Source: Chthoniobacteraceae bacterium (GTDB lineage Bacteria; Verrucomicrobiota; Verrucomicrobiia; Chthoniobacterales; Chthoniobacteraceae). From it: DNA of 64,000 bases. How positions within the stretch are numbered: position 1 is the first letter of the stretch; each line of letters starts with the position of its first letter. The notes beneath the pieces were generated by a model. That model was not told where the DNA came from. It made no database searches and was given only the letters and a program-made list of their open reading frames with translations. Positions 10,802 to 23,109 of the stretch are shown in pieces. The stretch is from positions 1 to 64,000 of the forward strand of contig JBBCKI010000048.1 in assembly GCA_037190965.1 (NCBI GenBank), written 5' to 3'. The position numbers were made by a program, and so were the translations under genes.

Positions 10802-11236
10802 TTACTTGCTCTCCTGACTTGCTGCGCTCTTACGGGCCCGGGCCGGCTTGGCGGCTCCCGATTTTGCCCGCTTTCTGCTCTTGGCTTCGCGCGTTTGAAT
10901 TTCGATCTCGTCGGTGAGGATGATCCTGATGTGTGAGGAACGCTTCAGGATTGGACCGGCACTGCCACGAGCCTTCGGCTGCGACCGCTTCAAGGACGGA
11001 CCTTCACCAACGGTGGCCTCCTTGACGACGAGCGTATCGACACGCAAGTTGGCGTTGTTTTCGGCGTTGGCGACTGCGCTCTTGAGCGTTTTCGCGACCA
11101 GCACGGCCGCTTTCTTCGGACTGAACGCAACGATGTCCAGCGCCGCCGCGACGGGCAGGCCCTGAATTTCGCGCGTCACCTCCCGAGCCTTGAAGGCCGA
11201 AATGCGCGCATACTTGTATGTCGAATGAATCTGCAT
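10802..11236 (-). CDS. rplV: 50S ribosomal protein L22 with basic C-terminal tail
   Basis: [31 protein letters not shown]. Confidence 0.96.
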   Translation of the reverse strand: MQIHSTYKYARISAFKAREVTREIQGLPVAAALDIVAFSPKKAAVLVAKTLKSAVANAENNANLRVDTLVVKEATVGEGPSLKRSQPKARGSAGPILKRSSHIRIILTDEIEIQTREAKSRKRAKSGAAKPARARKSAASQESK

Positions 11237-11248
11237 GTTAGTTGAAAT

Positions 11249-12046
11249 TTACCTGGCATCCACCCTAAGGCGGTCGCCGACTTTAATTTTGTTCTTCTCA
11301 GAGTCCAGACTTTGTATCACTCCACCGCAAATTTTTTCGCGAACGTCCACCACCCGGATCACCCCGATGTCATTTCCATCGCGAATGATTCGGAAGGGCA
11401 TCCCCACTTTCACCCCATGGGCACTCCCGATATTGCCCACAACCAGTGACCACTCCTCTTTGATGCTGATCACCATCCCTTGGGTCAGGTCGGCCGGTGC
11501 CGAGTAAGGCTGGCCACTTCCCGGGATTCCGAGGGCCTCCGCCACACTGCGCATCCGGGCTTCCAACGCCAGGCGGGCCTCCGCATCTTCCGATGTGGCC
11601 CCTTTGGTGAAACGCAGCACCGCTTCGCTGAGTTGGACAAGCTCGTCGGCGAGCTTGTCTTTCTCGCTCTGCAGGAGCTGGAGATCGCGCACTCCTTTCA
11701 GAAGCCGCTGCTCGAGCTTGCGCTTGTCGCCGCTGAGTCCATCGACTCCGAGCGCCTCCATTCGCAACTTCAGCTCCGCCGCCTCTTTCCGGAACACCTC
11801 GGCTTCGCTGTTGGATACAGCGAGGCTTTCGGTGAGCGATTTCACTGCGGTCTGTGCTTCGGAGAGTTGCTGCTTGAGAAGTTGATTCTCGGCAGCAACC
11901 GTCTGAAGCGTGACCTTCGCTTCCGTAAATTCTATGTCTAGATCTGAGAAAGAACTCTCCCCATTGGCGACTGGCCCCATTGCCAGCGCCAAAAGCACCC
12001 CTCTTACGGCTTTCGCCGCTCCTGCCATTGTAGCAGGAAAACTCAC
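11249..12046 (-). CDS. Hypothetical exported coiled-coil protein with C-terminal beta-rich domain, embedded in the S10 operon
   Basis: Fills the whole rpsS-rplV gap; GTG overlaps the rpsS stop (TAGTG; alternative ATG at 12028); hydrophobic N-terminus, heptad-rich middle, C-terminal VVGNIGSAHGVKVG..IKVGD. Confidence 0.8.
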   Translation of the reverse strand: MSFPATMAGAAKAVRGVLLALAMGPVANGESSFSDLDIEFTEAKVTLQTVAAENQLLKQQLSEAQTAVKSLTESLAVSNSEAEVFRKEAAELKLRMEALGVDGLSGDKRKLEQRLLKGVRDLQLLQSEKDKLADELVQLSEAVLRFTKGATSEDAEARLALEARMRSVAEALGIPGSGQPYSAPADLTQGMVISIKEEWSLVVGNIGSAHGVKVGMPFRIIRDGNDIGVIRVVDVREKICGGVIQSLDSEKNKIKVGDRLRVDAR

Positions 12047-12324
12047 TACTTGCTGACCTTGGCCGTGTGCGCTCCGTGCTTCTTGAACACACGCGTCGGG
12101 GAAAATTCCCCGAGTTTGTGACCAACCATGTTCTCGGTCACAAATACCGAGTTGAAAATCTTGCCGTTGTGCACCAGGAACGTATGCCCAACGAAATCCG
12201 GCGTGATCATCGACCGGCGGGACCAGGTCTTGATCGGCTTCTTGACTCCGCCTTCGTTCATCTTGTCGATCTTTTCGAGCAGATGGAGGGCGACGAAAGG
12301 CCCTTTTTTCAGTGATCTTCCCAT
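12046..12324 (-). CDS. rpsS: 30S ribosomal protein S19
   Basis: [28 protein letters not shown]. Confidence 0.98.
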   Translation of the reverse strand: MGRSLKKGPFVALHLLEKIDKMNEGGVKKPIKTWSRRSMITPDFVGHTFLVHNGKIFNSVFVTENMVGHKLGEFSPTRVFKKHGAHTAKVSK

Positions 12325-12336
12325 AAAATCTCGGCG

Positions 12337-13179
12337 TTACTTCTTGGCGTTGCGGCGCTGCACAATAAAGTTGTTGCTCTCCTTGTGCTTACGGCGGGTC
12401 TTGAAGCCCTTGGCGAGCTGACCCCATGGGCTCATCGGGTGGTGGCGTCCACCGCCGCCCTTCGACTTGCCCTGACCTCCACCCATCGGGTGGTCTACCG
12501 GGTTCATCACCATACCGCGGACGTGCGGACGGCGTCCGAGCCAGCGGCTACGGCCCGCTTTGCCCGAGGAGACGTTCATGTGGTCAACGTTGCCGACCTG
12601 TCCGATCGTCGCGTAAGCCGTTTCATGGATCTTGCGGATCTCACCGGAAGGCAACTTGACGAGGGCATAACCAGCTTCGCGGTTGCTGAGAACAGCCACC
12701 TGACCGGCGCTACGGGCGATCTGGCCGCCACGGCCGGGGATCAACTCGATATTGTGGATCGAAGAACCGAGCGGGATGCTCTTGAGAGGAAGAGCATTAC
12801 CGACTTCCGGTGCAGCCGTTTCCCCTGCGGAGACCTTGCGGCCGACGGTGAGACCCACTGGAGCGAGGATGTATGCCTTCTCGCCGTCTGCGTACTGGAG
12901 CAGCGCGATGCGGGCCGAACGGTTCGGATCGTACTCGATGCCAACCACTTCCGCGGCGATGTCGCGCTTGCTGCGCTTGAAGTCGATCAACCGATACTTC
13001 TGCTTGTGCCCACCGCCGATGTGGCGGGAGGTCAAGCGACCGCGGTTGTTACGCCCGCCGGTCCGCTTCTTGGGAGCAAGGAGGCTTTTCTCGGGCTTGG
13101 ATTTGGTGATCTCCTCGAAGGCCGGGAGCGCCTTGTAGCGCTGTGCCGGGGTCAAAGGACGGAAAGTTTTAAGTGCCAT
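12337..13179 (-). CDS. rplB: 50S ribosomal protein L2
   Basis: [23 protein letters not shown]. Confidence 0.98.
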   Translation of the reverse strand: MALKTFRPLTPAQRYKALPAFEEITKSKPEKSLLAPKKRTGGRNNRGRLTSRHIGGGHKQKYRLIDFKRSKRDIAAEVVGIEYDPNRSARIALLQYADGEKAYILAPVGLTVGRKVSAGETAAPEVGNALPLKSIPLGSSIHNIELIPGRGGQIARSAGQVAVLSNREAGYALVKLPSGEIRKIHETAYATIGQVGNVDHMNVSSGKAGRSRWLGRRPHVRGMVMNPVDHPMGGGQGKSKGGGGRHHPMSPWGQLAKGFKTRRKHKESNNFIVQRRNAKK

Positions 13180-13226
13180 GGTCCGTTATTCTTGTTTGGC
13201 GGCTCTGAGAGAACCCGGTTAGGCCG

Positions 13227-13511
13227 TTAGGCCAGTTCGATCTTCTCCCCTTTCTTGAGAGTAACGATCGCCTTTTTCCAGTGCGCGGTCCGCCCGGCGT
13301 CGGCCCGACGTTCCCGGCGCTTCTTGCCGGCATAGTTCGCGGTGTTGACCGACGCTACTTTCTTGCCGAAAAGCTTCTCGATGGCCTGCTTGATCTGGAG
13401 CTTGTTGGCGCGAGGCGAAACGCGGAAGACATACTTGCCGAGTTTTTCGCTCAGGAGCGTCGCCTTCTCCGTCAGGACAGGCGTTTGAATCAATTGATGC
13501 GGCTCGTTCAT
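13227..13511 (-). CDS. rplW: 50S ribosomal protein L23
   Basis: PVLTEKA, ANKLQIKQAIE, WKKAIVTL. Confidence 0.96.
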   Translation of the reverse strand: MNEPHQLIQTPVLTEKATLLSEKLGKYVFRVSPRANKLQIKQAIEKLFGKKVASVNTANYAGKKRRERRADAGRTAHWKKAIVTLKKGEKIELA

Positions 13512-14119
13512 TACTGGATCCTTTCTGCCAACTTCGCGAGGGCGTCTTTGGTAATGACGATCTTCTTGAACGCGAGGAGGTTTTCGGTATTCACCTCACT
13601 GGCCGTAATCAGGCGCGTCGGCTGGACGTTGCGGGCGGCCTTAAAGGTGTTCTCGTCGAACTGGGTCGAGATGATCAGCGTCTTCTCAACTCCGACGTTA
13701 TCTTTCACCCAACCGATAAACTGTTTGGTCTTCGGCTCGGCGATGGCAAAGCTGTCAACGGTCAGAACATCACCGGCAATAATCCGGGAGCTGAGCGCTT
13801 TCTTGAGGGCGAGGCGGCGAACCGACTTCGTGACCTTCTTGGAATAGTCGCGGGGCTTTGGGCCGAAAACGACACCACCACCCACCCAGACGGGCGAGCT
13901 CTTGTAGCCGGCGCGGGCGCGACCCGTGCCCTTCTGACGCCAGGGCTTGGAACCGGATCCGCTGACATCCGCCTTGGTCTTGGTGTTGGCGGTTCCGCTG
14001 CGGCGGTTGGCCCGGAGGGCGACAACTACGTCATGCACCGCTTGGGTGCCGCGGCCGTTTTCAATCAAGGCGAGATTCGCCTTCTTGGCTGCATCAATGG
14101 TGAGAACGGTAGCGCTCAT
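13511..14119 (-). CDS. rplD: 50S ribosomal protein L4
   Basis: KPWRQKGTGRARAG, GGGVVFGPKPRDY. Confidence 0.97.
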   Translation of the reverse strand: MSATVLTIDAAKKANLALIENGRGTQAVHDVVVALRANRRSGTANTKTKADVSGSGSKPWRQKGTGRARAGYKSSPVWVGGGVVFGPKPRDYSKKVTKSVRRLALKKALSSRIIAGDVLTVDSFAIAEPKTKQFIGWVKDNVGVEKTLIISTQFDENTFKAARNVQPTRLITASEVNTENLLAFKKIVITKDALAKLAERIQ

Positions 14120-14769
14120 TACTTAGCCTCCGCGGGAAGGGGTTTTTTCTTGGCAGGGCGGACGATCACATAACCGCCGTTGCTGCCGGGAACTGCGCCC
14201 TTGATGAGCAAAACCTGTTCGGCTTCGCGCACCTGGACGATGGAAAGATTCTGGACGGTGATACGATCATCACCCATGTGACCGGGCATCCCCTGGTTTT
14301 TCCAGATACGGCCTGGGGTAGAGCGGTTGCCGATGGCACCCGGACGGCGATGCATCATCGAACCGTGCGAAGCGGGCTGTCCCTGGAAGCCGTGCTTTTT
14401 GACGACACCCTGGAAACCGTGGCCCTTGGAACGCCCAATCACGTCAACGATCTGACCGACCTGGAAGTGCGAAGCGGTAAGATTGAGTTCCCCTTCGACC
14501 TTATCGCCGTCGAGGAGGCGGAATTCCGCAACCCGCTTTTTGGCTTCGGAGCCTGCCTTCTTGAAGTGGCCCAACTCAGCCTTGTTCACGCGGGATTCCT
14601 TCTGGGTATCAAACCCGACCTGGATGGCAGAGTAGCCGTCCTTTTCGAGAGTCTTAACCTGAAGAAGGGTGTTGCCGCCGACAGCGACGACGGTCACGGG
14701 GGTTGAACGCCCCTTCTCGTCGTACACTCGGGTCATCCCGACTTTCTTACCTATCAGTCCGTATTTCAT
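14119..14769 (-). CDS. rplC: 50S ribosomal protein L3
   Basis: GKKVGMT, DGYSAIQVG, KGHGFQGVVK, MPGHMG. Confidence 0.97.
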   Translation of the reverse strand: MKYGLIGKKVGMTRVYDEKGRSTPVTVVAVGGNTLLQVKTLEKDGYSAIQVGFDTQKESRVNKAELGHFKKAGSEAKKRVAEFRLLDGDKVEGELNLTASHFQVGQIVDVIGRSKGHGFQGVVKKHGFQGQPASHGSMMHRRPGAIGNRSTPGRIWKNQGMPGHMGDDRITVQNLSIVQVREAEQVLLIKGAVPGSNGGYVIVRPAKKKPLPAEAK

Positions 14770-14795
14770 TGCGTCTATTGGTTCGTGAACACCGG

Positions 14796-15107
14796 TCAGA
14801 TCTTGATGGTGATATCAACACCAGCCGGGAGGTTCAGCTTCTTGAGTTCATCTACCGTCTTTGCGGTCGGCTCGATGATATCCAGGAGGCGTTTGTGCGT
14901 CCGGATTTCGAACTGATCCATCGACTTCTTGTCGACGTGCGGGGAGCGGTTGACAGTAAATTTTTCGATCCGCGTAGGAAGCGGGATCGGCCCAGCCACC
15001 TTGGCGCCGGTGCGCTTGGCGGTCTCGACGATGTCCAGGGAGGACTGGTCGAGCGTCCGGTAATCGAAGGCTTTGAGCCGGATGCGAATTCGTTGGCCGT
15101 TGGTCAT
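14796..15107 (-). CDS. rpsJ: 30S ribosomal protein S10
   Basis: [22 protein letters not shown]. Confidence 0.98.
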   Translation of the reverse strand: MTNGQRIRIRLKAFDYRTLDQSSLDIVETAKRTGAKVAGPIPLPTRIEKFTVNRSPHVDKKSMDQFEIRTHKRLLDIIEPTAKTVDELKKLNLPAGVDITIKI

Positions 15108-15142
15108 AGAAATTTGCGGTTGCTAGCGTTGATCGAAACTTT

Positions 15143-17293
<2,151 letters not shown>

Positions 17294-17307
17294 GGCAATA
17301 AATTAAG

Positions 17308-17781
17308 TTAGAAGCGGAAGTGTGCGAACGCGCGATTGGCCTGTGCCATCTTGTGGGTGTCGTCGCGCTTTTTGATCGCGTTCCCCTGCCCGGCGGCGGC
17401 TTCCTTGAGTTCGTTGGCGAGAGCGTCAACCATCGGGATGCTCTTGCGCTTGCCGGCGAATCCGACGATCCATCGCATCGCGAGCGCCAACTGGCGGGCG
17501 GGCGGGACTTCCATCGGGACCTGGTAGGTCGCACCGCCGACGCGGCGGGATTTGACTTCGAGGCGCGGCTTGACGTTGTCGATCGCCTTGTTGAGCGTCT
17601 CGAGCGGATCAACCGCATCGGACCCCTCGCGGGTCTTCTCGATGGCGGTGTAAACAATCCGTTCAGCAACGGACTTTTTACCATCCTGCATGATCGTGCT
17701 GATCAACCGGGCAACCACTGGGCTACCGTAACGGCTGTCGAACTTCTCGGTTTTTTTGATGACTCTGCGGCGACGTGACAT
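17308..17781 (-). CDS. rpsG: 30S ribosomal protein S7
   Basis: EVKSRRVGGATYQVP, HKMAQANRAFAHFR. Confidence 0.98.
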   Translation of the reverse strand: MSRRRRVIKKTEKFDSRYGSPVVARLISTIMQDGKKSVAERIVYTAIEKTREGSDAVDPLETLNKAIDNVKPRLEVKSRRVGGATYQVPMEVPPARQLALAMRWIVGFAGKRKSIPMVDALANELKEAAAGQGNAIKKRDDTHKMAQANRAFAHFRF

Positions 17782-17802
17782 GGTGACGCTTTCTGAAGTT
17801 AA

Positions 17803-18222
17803 TTACTTGCGCTTCCCACCCTTGCCTTTGGCGGCGGCAGCTTCCTGACCGGGCTTCGGACGCTTGGCTCCGTATTTGGAGCGGGAACGACGGCGGCCGT
17901 CCACCCCGAGGGCGTCGAGCGTACCGCGGACGATATGATAACGAACGCCGGGAAGATCCTTCACACGACCGCCACGGACGAGCACGATGGAGTGCTCCTG
18001 AAGGTTGTGACCTTCACCGGGGATGTACGCGATGACTTCCTGACCGTTCGTCAACCGAACCTTGGCCACTTTACGAAGCGCGGAGTTGGGCTTTTTAGGC
18101 GTGCGGGTCATTACCTGCACACACACCCCACGGCGCTGTGGGCAATTCACGAGAGCCGGTGATTTGGATTTCACCGTCACCTGTTTGCGTCCCTTGCGGA
18201 CAAGCTGGTTGATCGTTGGCAT
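17803..18222 (-). CDS. rpsL: 30S ribosomal protein S12
   Basis: [28 protein letters not shown]. Confidence 0.98.
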   Translation of the reverse strand: MPTINQLVRKGRKQVTVKSKSPALVNCPQRRGVCVQVMTRTPKKPNSALRKVAKVRLTNGQEVIAYIPGEGHNLQEHSIVLVRGGRVKDLPGVRYHIVRGTLDALGVDGRRRSRSKYGAKRPKPGQEAAAAKGKGGKRK

Positions 18223-18309
18223 TTCTATTAAAAATTTCCCTGGTTTACGGGACTAAAAACCCGCCTCTCAGTGGGCTTACCACGTCCACACTGGTTGCGG
18301 GGAGCGCGA

Positions 18310-18337
18310 ACTGTAGACGAATCCAATCCCGGCGCAA
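18310..18337 (-). promoter_or_regulatory. Putative sigma70 promoter of the ribosomal superoperon
   Basis: Minus strand TTGCGC-16nt-TACAGT about 90 nt upstream of rpsL. Confidence 0.45.
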
Positions 18338-18531
18338 GTAATTTTTCTGCGACGTGAGGACTTTTTTCGCCGCCCGGATAGCCGGGTCAGCCCAAAAGAA
18401 TACGGGGAGGTGATGTCTACCCTAGTCGCCGTTTTATCGCAAGGGGTGTTTTCAGAAATTATGAAGCGAGACATCCCGGTATTTCAGGTTGCCGCCGGTC
18501 CGGTTCGGGTTCAGCGTACCGCAGCGCCGCC

Positions 18532-19569
18532 ATGAAATACCGCACTTATCCTGACACCGATCTTACCGTGAGCGAGGTCGGCTTTGGCCTCTGGACCGTC
18601 TCGACCGGCTGGTGGGGAGACTACACCGACACCGAGGCTATCTCGCTGATGCACAAGGCATTAGACCTTGGAATCACCCTCTTCGACGCCGCCGATACCT
18701 ACGGGAATGGCCGGAGCGAAGAGCTTCTCGCCAAGGCGTTTCCGAAGCAGCGGGACGAGGTCGTGATTGCCACGAAGATCGGCTACGATTTCGTCAACTT
18801 CGGCGGCAGTGAGCGCCGTGGGCAACGCGAGATTCCTCACGATTTTTCGCCGGCAGGATTAACCCGCGCGACCGACGCCGCGCTCAAACGTCTCAGAACG
18901 GATCGCGTGGATTTGATGCAACTTCACAATATCCGAATGGAGCAGGTGGAAGACGATTCCGTTTGGGAAACCCTCGAATCGCTGCGAAAGGCCGGAAAGA
19001 TTCGCCAGTACGGAGCGGCCATCGGCCCGGCGATCGGCTGGTTATACGAAGGAGTTCGCGCCATCGAGGAGAGAAACTTCGCCAGCCTCCAACATATCTA
19101 CAACATTCTGGAACAGCACCCCGGGCGCACCCTGCACCAAACCGCCGCCGAGACAGGCAAGAAAACGATGTTTCTGGTCCGCGTCCCTCACTCCAGCGGA
19201 ATGCTGGAGGGCCATTATACTCCCGAAACTGTGTTTCCACCCAATGATCACCGGATCCACCGCCCGAAGAGCTGGCTCATCAACGGGTGCAGGAAGGTCG
19301 AGCAACTCCGCTTCCTGGAGAACAGCGAGCGCACCCTTGGGCAGGCAGCGCTCCAGTGGCTGCTGGCCGACACTCGCGTCGCCTCCACGCTCCCCAATAT
19401 CTACAACGAGGCGCAACTGACCGAGTTCGCAAAAGCTCCCGAATGTCCGCCCCTTACCGCCGACGACCGCGCCCGAATTGACGACCTCTATACGTCCCAT
19501 TTCGGAATCGACGAGTCGCCGCCAAAGTATAAAGGGACCATGTCGCCCGGTGGCGGCGAGGTCGATTGA
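18532..19569 (+). CDS. Aldo/keto reductase
   Basis: VSEVGFG, FDAADTYG, ATKIG, LKRLRTDRVDLMQLH. Confidence 0.92.
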   Translation: MKYRTYPDTDLTVSEVGFGLWTVSTGWWGDYTDTEAISLMHKALDLGITLFDAADTYGNGRSEELLAKAFPKQRDEVVIATKIGYDFVNFGGSERRGQREIPHDFSPAGLTRATDAALKRLRTDRVDLMQLHNIRMEQVEDDSVWETLESLRKAGKIRQYGAAIGPAIGWLYEGVRAIEERNFASLQHIYNILEQHPGRTLHQTAAETGKKTMFLVRVPHSSGMLEGHYTPETVFPPNDHRIHRPKSWLINGCRKVEQLRFLENSERTLGQAALQWLLADTRVASTLPNIYNEAQLTEFAKAPECPPLTADDRARIDDLYTSHFGIDESPPKYKGTMSPGGGEVD

Positions 19570-19644
19570 GGCGATTAGCCTCAAGACAACCAGGGGGGAG
19601 CAAATCGGCAGCTTTGCCGACATGAGCCGATCATGACACGGCGC

Positions 19645-19673
19645 TTGCAAAGAGGCTTTCCCCCACTGATAAT
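19645..19673 (+). promoter_or_regulatory. Putative promoter giving a leaderless or near-leaderless mRNA
   Basis: TTGCAA-17nt-GATAAT ending 7 nt before ATG 19681. Confidence 0.5.
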
Positions 19674-19680
19674 TAAGAGG

Positions 19681-20451
19681 ATGAATCTGGACCTGAACAA
19701 TCTCCTCGAAGGCTGGCCGCACGAGCCCGGGCAGATCCGTGTTCGCAAAGTGTTGGGCAATGATGGACGCGAAAAGCTCCAGCTTCGGATCGATCTCGGA
19801 CTTATCCAGATGGAACTGAATGGCCGACCTGATGGCCACCGCCCCCATGGCAGCGAATCGCTTCTCGAATGGCATAAGGAACGCGCAGAGGCAGCCGAAG
19901 CCAAAGGCGACTCTTTTACCCTAAGCCCGGAAGATTGTGCCGAGCTTCAGCACGAAGGCATCCAGTATTATCACCGTTATATCTCCTTCTTCCAGATCGA
20001 GGATTACCCCGGTGTCATCCGTGACACCCAGCGCAACCTCGAACTCCTGAACTTCGTCGTCAAATACGCGGAGCGCGAGGAACTGGCGTGGCAGATCGAG
20101 CAATTCCGCGCGTACCTCATCATGATGAACACGCGCGCCAAGGCTTCCATTGAACTGGACCGGAACGACTACACCGCCGCAATCCGCCAGATCGAGCGGG
20201 GCCGGGATAAGATTCTCGAAGCCTTGCAGGAGCAGGAGCGCCCCGAAGGGAGCCAAAACAGCGGGGAAATCCAGTTTCTGGAGCAATGGCTGGAAGAACT
20301 TCGAAACAAACGCCCGCTCTCCAAACTGGAAATGCTCCAACAGGAGATGGATCGAGCCATTGCCGCCGAGGCCTACGAGCGCGCCGCGGAGCTTCGCGAC
20401 GCCATCAAGGCGGAACGCGACACCGCGTCTTCCTCTTCGCCGTCCAGTTAA
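19681..20451 (+). CDS. UvrB/UvrC (UVR) motif-containing protein
   Basis: C-terminal EMDRAIAAEAYERAAELRD UVR motif; N-terminal LQLRIDLGLIQME..GRPDG. Confidence 0.8.
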   Translation: MNLDLNNLLEGWPHEPGQIRVRKVLGNDGREKLQLRIDLGLIQMELNGRPDGHRPHGSESLLEWHKERAEAAEAKGDSFTLSPEDCAELQHEGIQYYHRYISFFQIEDYPGVIRDTQRNLELLNFVVKYAEREELAWQIEQFRAYLIMMNTRAKASIELDRNDYTAAIRQIERGRDKILEALQEQERPEGSQNSGEIQFLEQWLEELRNKRPLSKLEMLQQEMDRAIAAEAYERAAELRDAIKAERDTASSSSPSS

Positions 20452-20499
20452 ACACGAGCTAGACACGCGGCCTTGTTTGATGGCAGGCTTCGCTTCCTC

Positions 20500-20913
20500 A
20501 TGAAGAGCCTGAAAAATATTTGCCCGCTGTTGCAAGTCGCAGACCTGGATCGTTCACGGGAGTTCTACACTCAAAAGCTGGGATTTCAGGAGACATGGAA
20601 AGATCCGGGCGGCTTCACCATCCTTTGCCGGGATGAATGCCTTCTTTTCATCTCCCCCAAGCAGCGCGAAGTCGACCTGCGGAATGCGACGGCCCGCCTG
20701 ACCAACGACGGTTACGCGAATTACGATCTCCACATCCACTGCTTCACGGGAAGCCTCGACGCGCTCTGGAAAGAATATAAAGAGGCAGGCGTGGAGATGG
20801 GGGCCTCCTTTGTCAATGGCCCCGTCACCCGGGACTACGGAGTGAGGGATTTTGCGGTAATCGATCCCGACGGGTATGACCTCGTCTTTGGGGAATCCAT
20901 TGAACCCGCGTAG
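20500..20913 (+). CDS. VOC/glyoxalase/bleomycin-resistance family protein
   Basis: LQVADLDRSREFYTQKLGF, YGVRDFAVIDPDG. Confidence 0.9.
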   Translation: MKSLKNICPLLQVADLDRSREFYTQKLGFQETWKDPGGFTILCRDECLLFISPKQREVDLRNATARLTNDGYANYDLHIHCFTGSLDALWKEYKEAGVEMGASFVNGPVTRDYGVRDFAVIDPDGYDLVFGESIEPA

Positions 20914-20944
20914 GCATAAGCCCTGCTACAGGAGGAAGTTGACC

Positions 20945-21025
20945 ATGCTCACTCTTTCTACGTTTGCCATTGCTGTCGGGTTTCTGTTCACCAGTGTCTG
21001 GTACGCCTGCAAAAGCGAGGACTGA
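20945..21025 (+). CDS. Putative 26-aa single-TM small protein (not in ORF track)
   Basis: AGGAGG Shine-Dalgarno upstream; MLTLSTFAIAVGFLFTSVWYACKSED*. Confidence 0.5.
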   Translation: MLTLSTFAIAVGFLFTSVWYACKSED

Positions 21026-21116
21026 TTAAAGATTCCATCACCCCTTGGGGATCCATCGGTTCCGTTTGCCATCGTGTGCCGGACAATTTCAGGGATGGCC
21101 GTGGATGCAAAGATGT

Positions 21117-21215
21117 GGCATCGCGGAGTTCCGCCCTCCGATGATCGCGCGGGAAAGCGTCAGGCAAAATTGGCGCGGCAGCGCCCCTCGACGGAGGGCG
21201 AAGCTCTGCGACGCC
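21117..21215. repeat. REP doublet family C (GGAGGGCG-type), copy 1
   Basis: Inverted arms GGCATCGCGGAGTTCCGCCCTCC / GGAGGGCGAAGCTCTGCGACGCC; similar pair at 59801-59909. Confidence 0.7.
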
Positions 21216-21257
21216 GTGAACGCCGCAGGCGCTTGCCCTTGCCTTTCTCCTCAGCGG

Positions 21258-22832
21258 CTACCCGCCCACATTATTCCCCGTCTTGACCTCAATGACATCG
21301 TGCGTTCCCGATTCCCGCTGGCCTGCCGGGGTGACGCGGATGTAGCGCGCTTTCTCCCGCAACTGCGGCAACGTGGCGGCACCGAGGTAACCCATGCCGG
21401 ACTGGATGCCCCCCACGAGTTGCGTGAGCACGGTGTCGATGGAAGCGGAAACCTCCTTGAGCGCCTCGACCCCTTCGGCCGCAACCTTCCGGGTGGTGTC
21501 GTTCTTTGAATGCCCGTAACGAGCGGCGGACCCTGCCTGCATCGCCGCGAGGCTACCCATGCCGCGATACTGTTTATAAAGCTTCCCGTTAATCTCCATG
21601 ATCTGCCCGGGCGCTTCCGGGCAACCGGCCAGAAGGCCGCCACAGATCACCGCGTCAGCCAATGTCAACGCCTTCACGATGTCGCCGGATTTAGTGACGC
21701 CGCCGTCGGCGATAATCCGCACCCCCTTTTTCTTCGCTTCCAAGGAGGCCACGTAAAGGGCGGTCAACTGGGGAATCCCCACCCCCGCGACGATTCGCGT
21801 GGTGCAGATGGACCCCGGGCCCTGCCCGACTTTGATCGCGCTGGCGCCGCACTCGGCCAGGAATTCAACCCCCGCGCCGCTGGTCACGTTCCCCGCGATA
21901 ATGGGGAGATCCGGGTAAGTCTCGCGCACCAGGCGCACCGTCTCCCCAACCCCCTTGCTGTGGCCGTGCGCCGTCGAGACGGCGATGACATCCGCGCCGC
22001 GCTCCACCAATGCCCCGACATGCGCGCGGATGCGCTCCTTGTCGAGTTCGCCGGTGGAACTCCGCGTTGCGGAGACGGCAGCCCCGCAAACGAGGCGAAA
22101 CTTGCTGTCGCGCGCCGGTTTTAACTGCGCGCTGTGCTCCTGCGTGATCCTCTCCACGTCGCTTAACGTAAAGAGACCGCGCAGGCGGTCCTCCCCATCG
22201 ACGACCAGGAGCTTGTGAATCCCGAGGTGTTCGGTGAAAAAGCGATCCGCTCGCGCGATCGGGTCATCGCCCAATTCATCGTGACGGAGGGTGTGCAGCG
22301 CGGAGCGCGGCGTCATCGCCTCGCTCACCAGTTTGGAGGCGTACCGTTGCTTGAGAACATGCCCCGGCAGCAGGCCCAGAAGCCGGTCGTGATCGTCCAC
22401 CACCGGGAAGGTGCTGAAGGAAAAACGCTTCTCCTCGATCCGTTGCAGCACATCGCCGATGTATTGCCCGGGGGCGACCTTGATCGGCTCCTGAATCAGC
22501 CCATGCACATGGTTTTTGACCCTACTGACCTCCGAGAGCTGCTGGCGCTCGGGCATGTTATAGTGGATCAAGCCAAGCCCGCCGCTCAGCGCCATCGAAA
22601 TCGCCATTCGCGACTCGGTGACGGTGTCCATATCGGCGGAAACAATCGGGATCTTGAGCCGAAGCGAATCAGCCAGCGTGGTTTCGAGGTTCGCGTCGCG
22701 CGGCAGAACGTCGGAGTAGAGAGTCGCCAGCGAGACGTCGTCGTAGGTGAGGCCGACGCTGGAATTGTCGGCGAAAAATTCGGTGGCCGCTTTGTAGAAT
22801 GCGGCGTCAGCGGAGGCGCGCACGGATGTCAT
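21258..22832 (-). CDS. guaB: IMP dehydrogenase with CBS pair
   Basis: [36 protein letters not shown]. Confidence 0.96.
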   Translation of the reverse strand: MTSVRASADAAFYKAATEFFADNSSVGLTYDDVSLATLYSDVLPRDANLETTLADSLRLKIPIVSADMDTVTESRMAISMALSGGLGLIHYNMPERQQLSEVSRVKNHVHGLIQEPIKVAPGQYIGDVLQRIEEKRFSFSTFPVVDDHDRLLGLLPGHVLKQRYASKLVSEAMTPRSALHTLRHDELGDDPIARADRFFTEHLGIHKLLVVDGEDRLRGLFTLSDVERITQEHSAQLKPARDSKFRLVCGAAVSATRSSTGELDKERIRAHVGALVERGADVIAVSTAHGHSKGVGETVRLVRETYPDLPIIAGNVTSGAGVEFLAECGASAIKVGQGPGSICTTRIVAGVGIPQLTALYVASLEAKKKGVRIIADGGVTKSGDIVKALTLADAVICGGLLAGCPEAPGQIMEINGKLYKQYRGMGSLAAMQAGSAARYGHSKNDTTRKVAAEGVEALKEVSASIDTVLTQLVGGIQSGMGYLGAATLPQLREKARYIRVTPAGQRESGTHDVIEVKTGNNVGG

Positions 22833-22869
22833 GGCCTACAATGAAGGAGATTATCGCACCCTTGCAAGC

Positions 22870-23109
22870 TCACAAAGCGGGGAAGTGATCGCGCTCGTTC
22901 AGGCTTCCGCAACGAGGGCATCGGGGGAGCGGCTCCTCAGTCGGGTCCTCAAACTCGAACGCGCAAAGACTGCACCGAACACGATGCCGCAACGCCAGCC
23001 GCTCGCGGCGCTGCCGCTTCCACCCTCCCCAGATCCAAAGCCCGAACACCACGCTCAGGAAGAGAAAGAGATAGATGAAAATAAGGGTGGTAAGGCTGAC
23101 CCGGATCAT
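22870..23109 (-). CDS. Small membrane protein with C-terminal zinc ribbon
   Basis: N-terminal TM then CSLC..CPRC; overlaps the upstream gene by 4 nt. Confidence 0.75.
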   Translation of the reverse strand: MIRVSLTTLIFIYLFLFLSVVFGLWIWGGWKRQRRERLALRHRVRCSLCAFEFEDPTEEPLPRCPRCGSLNERDHFPAL

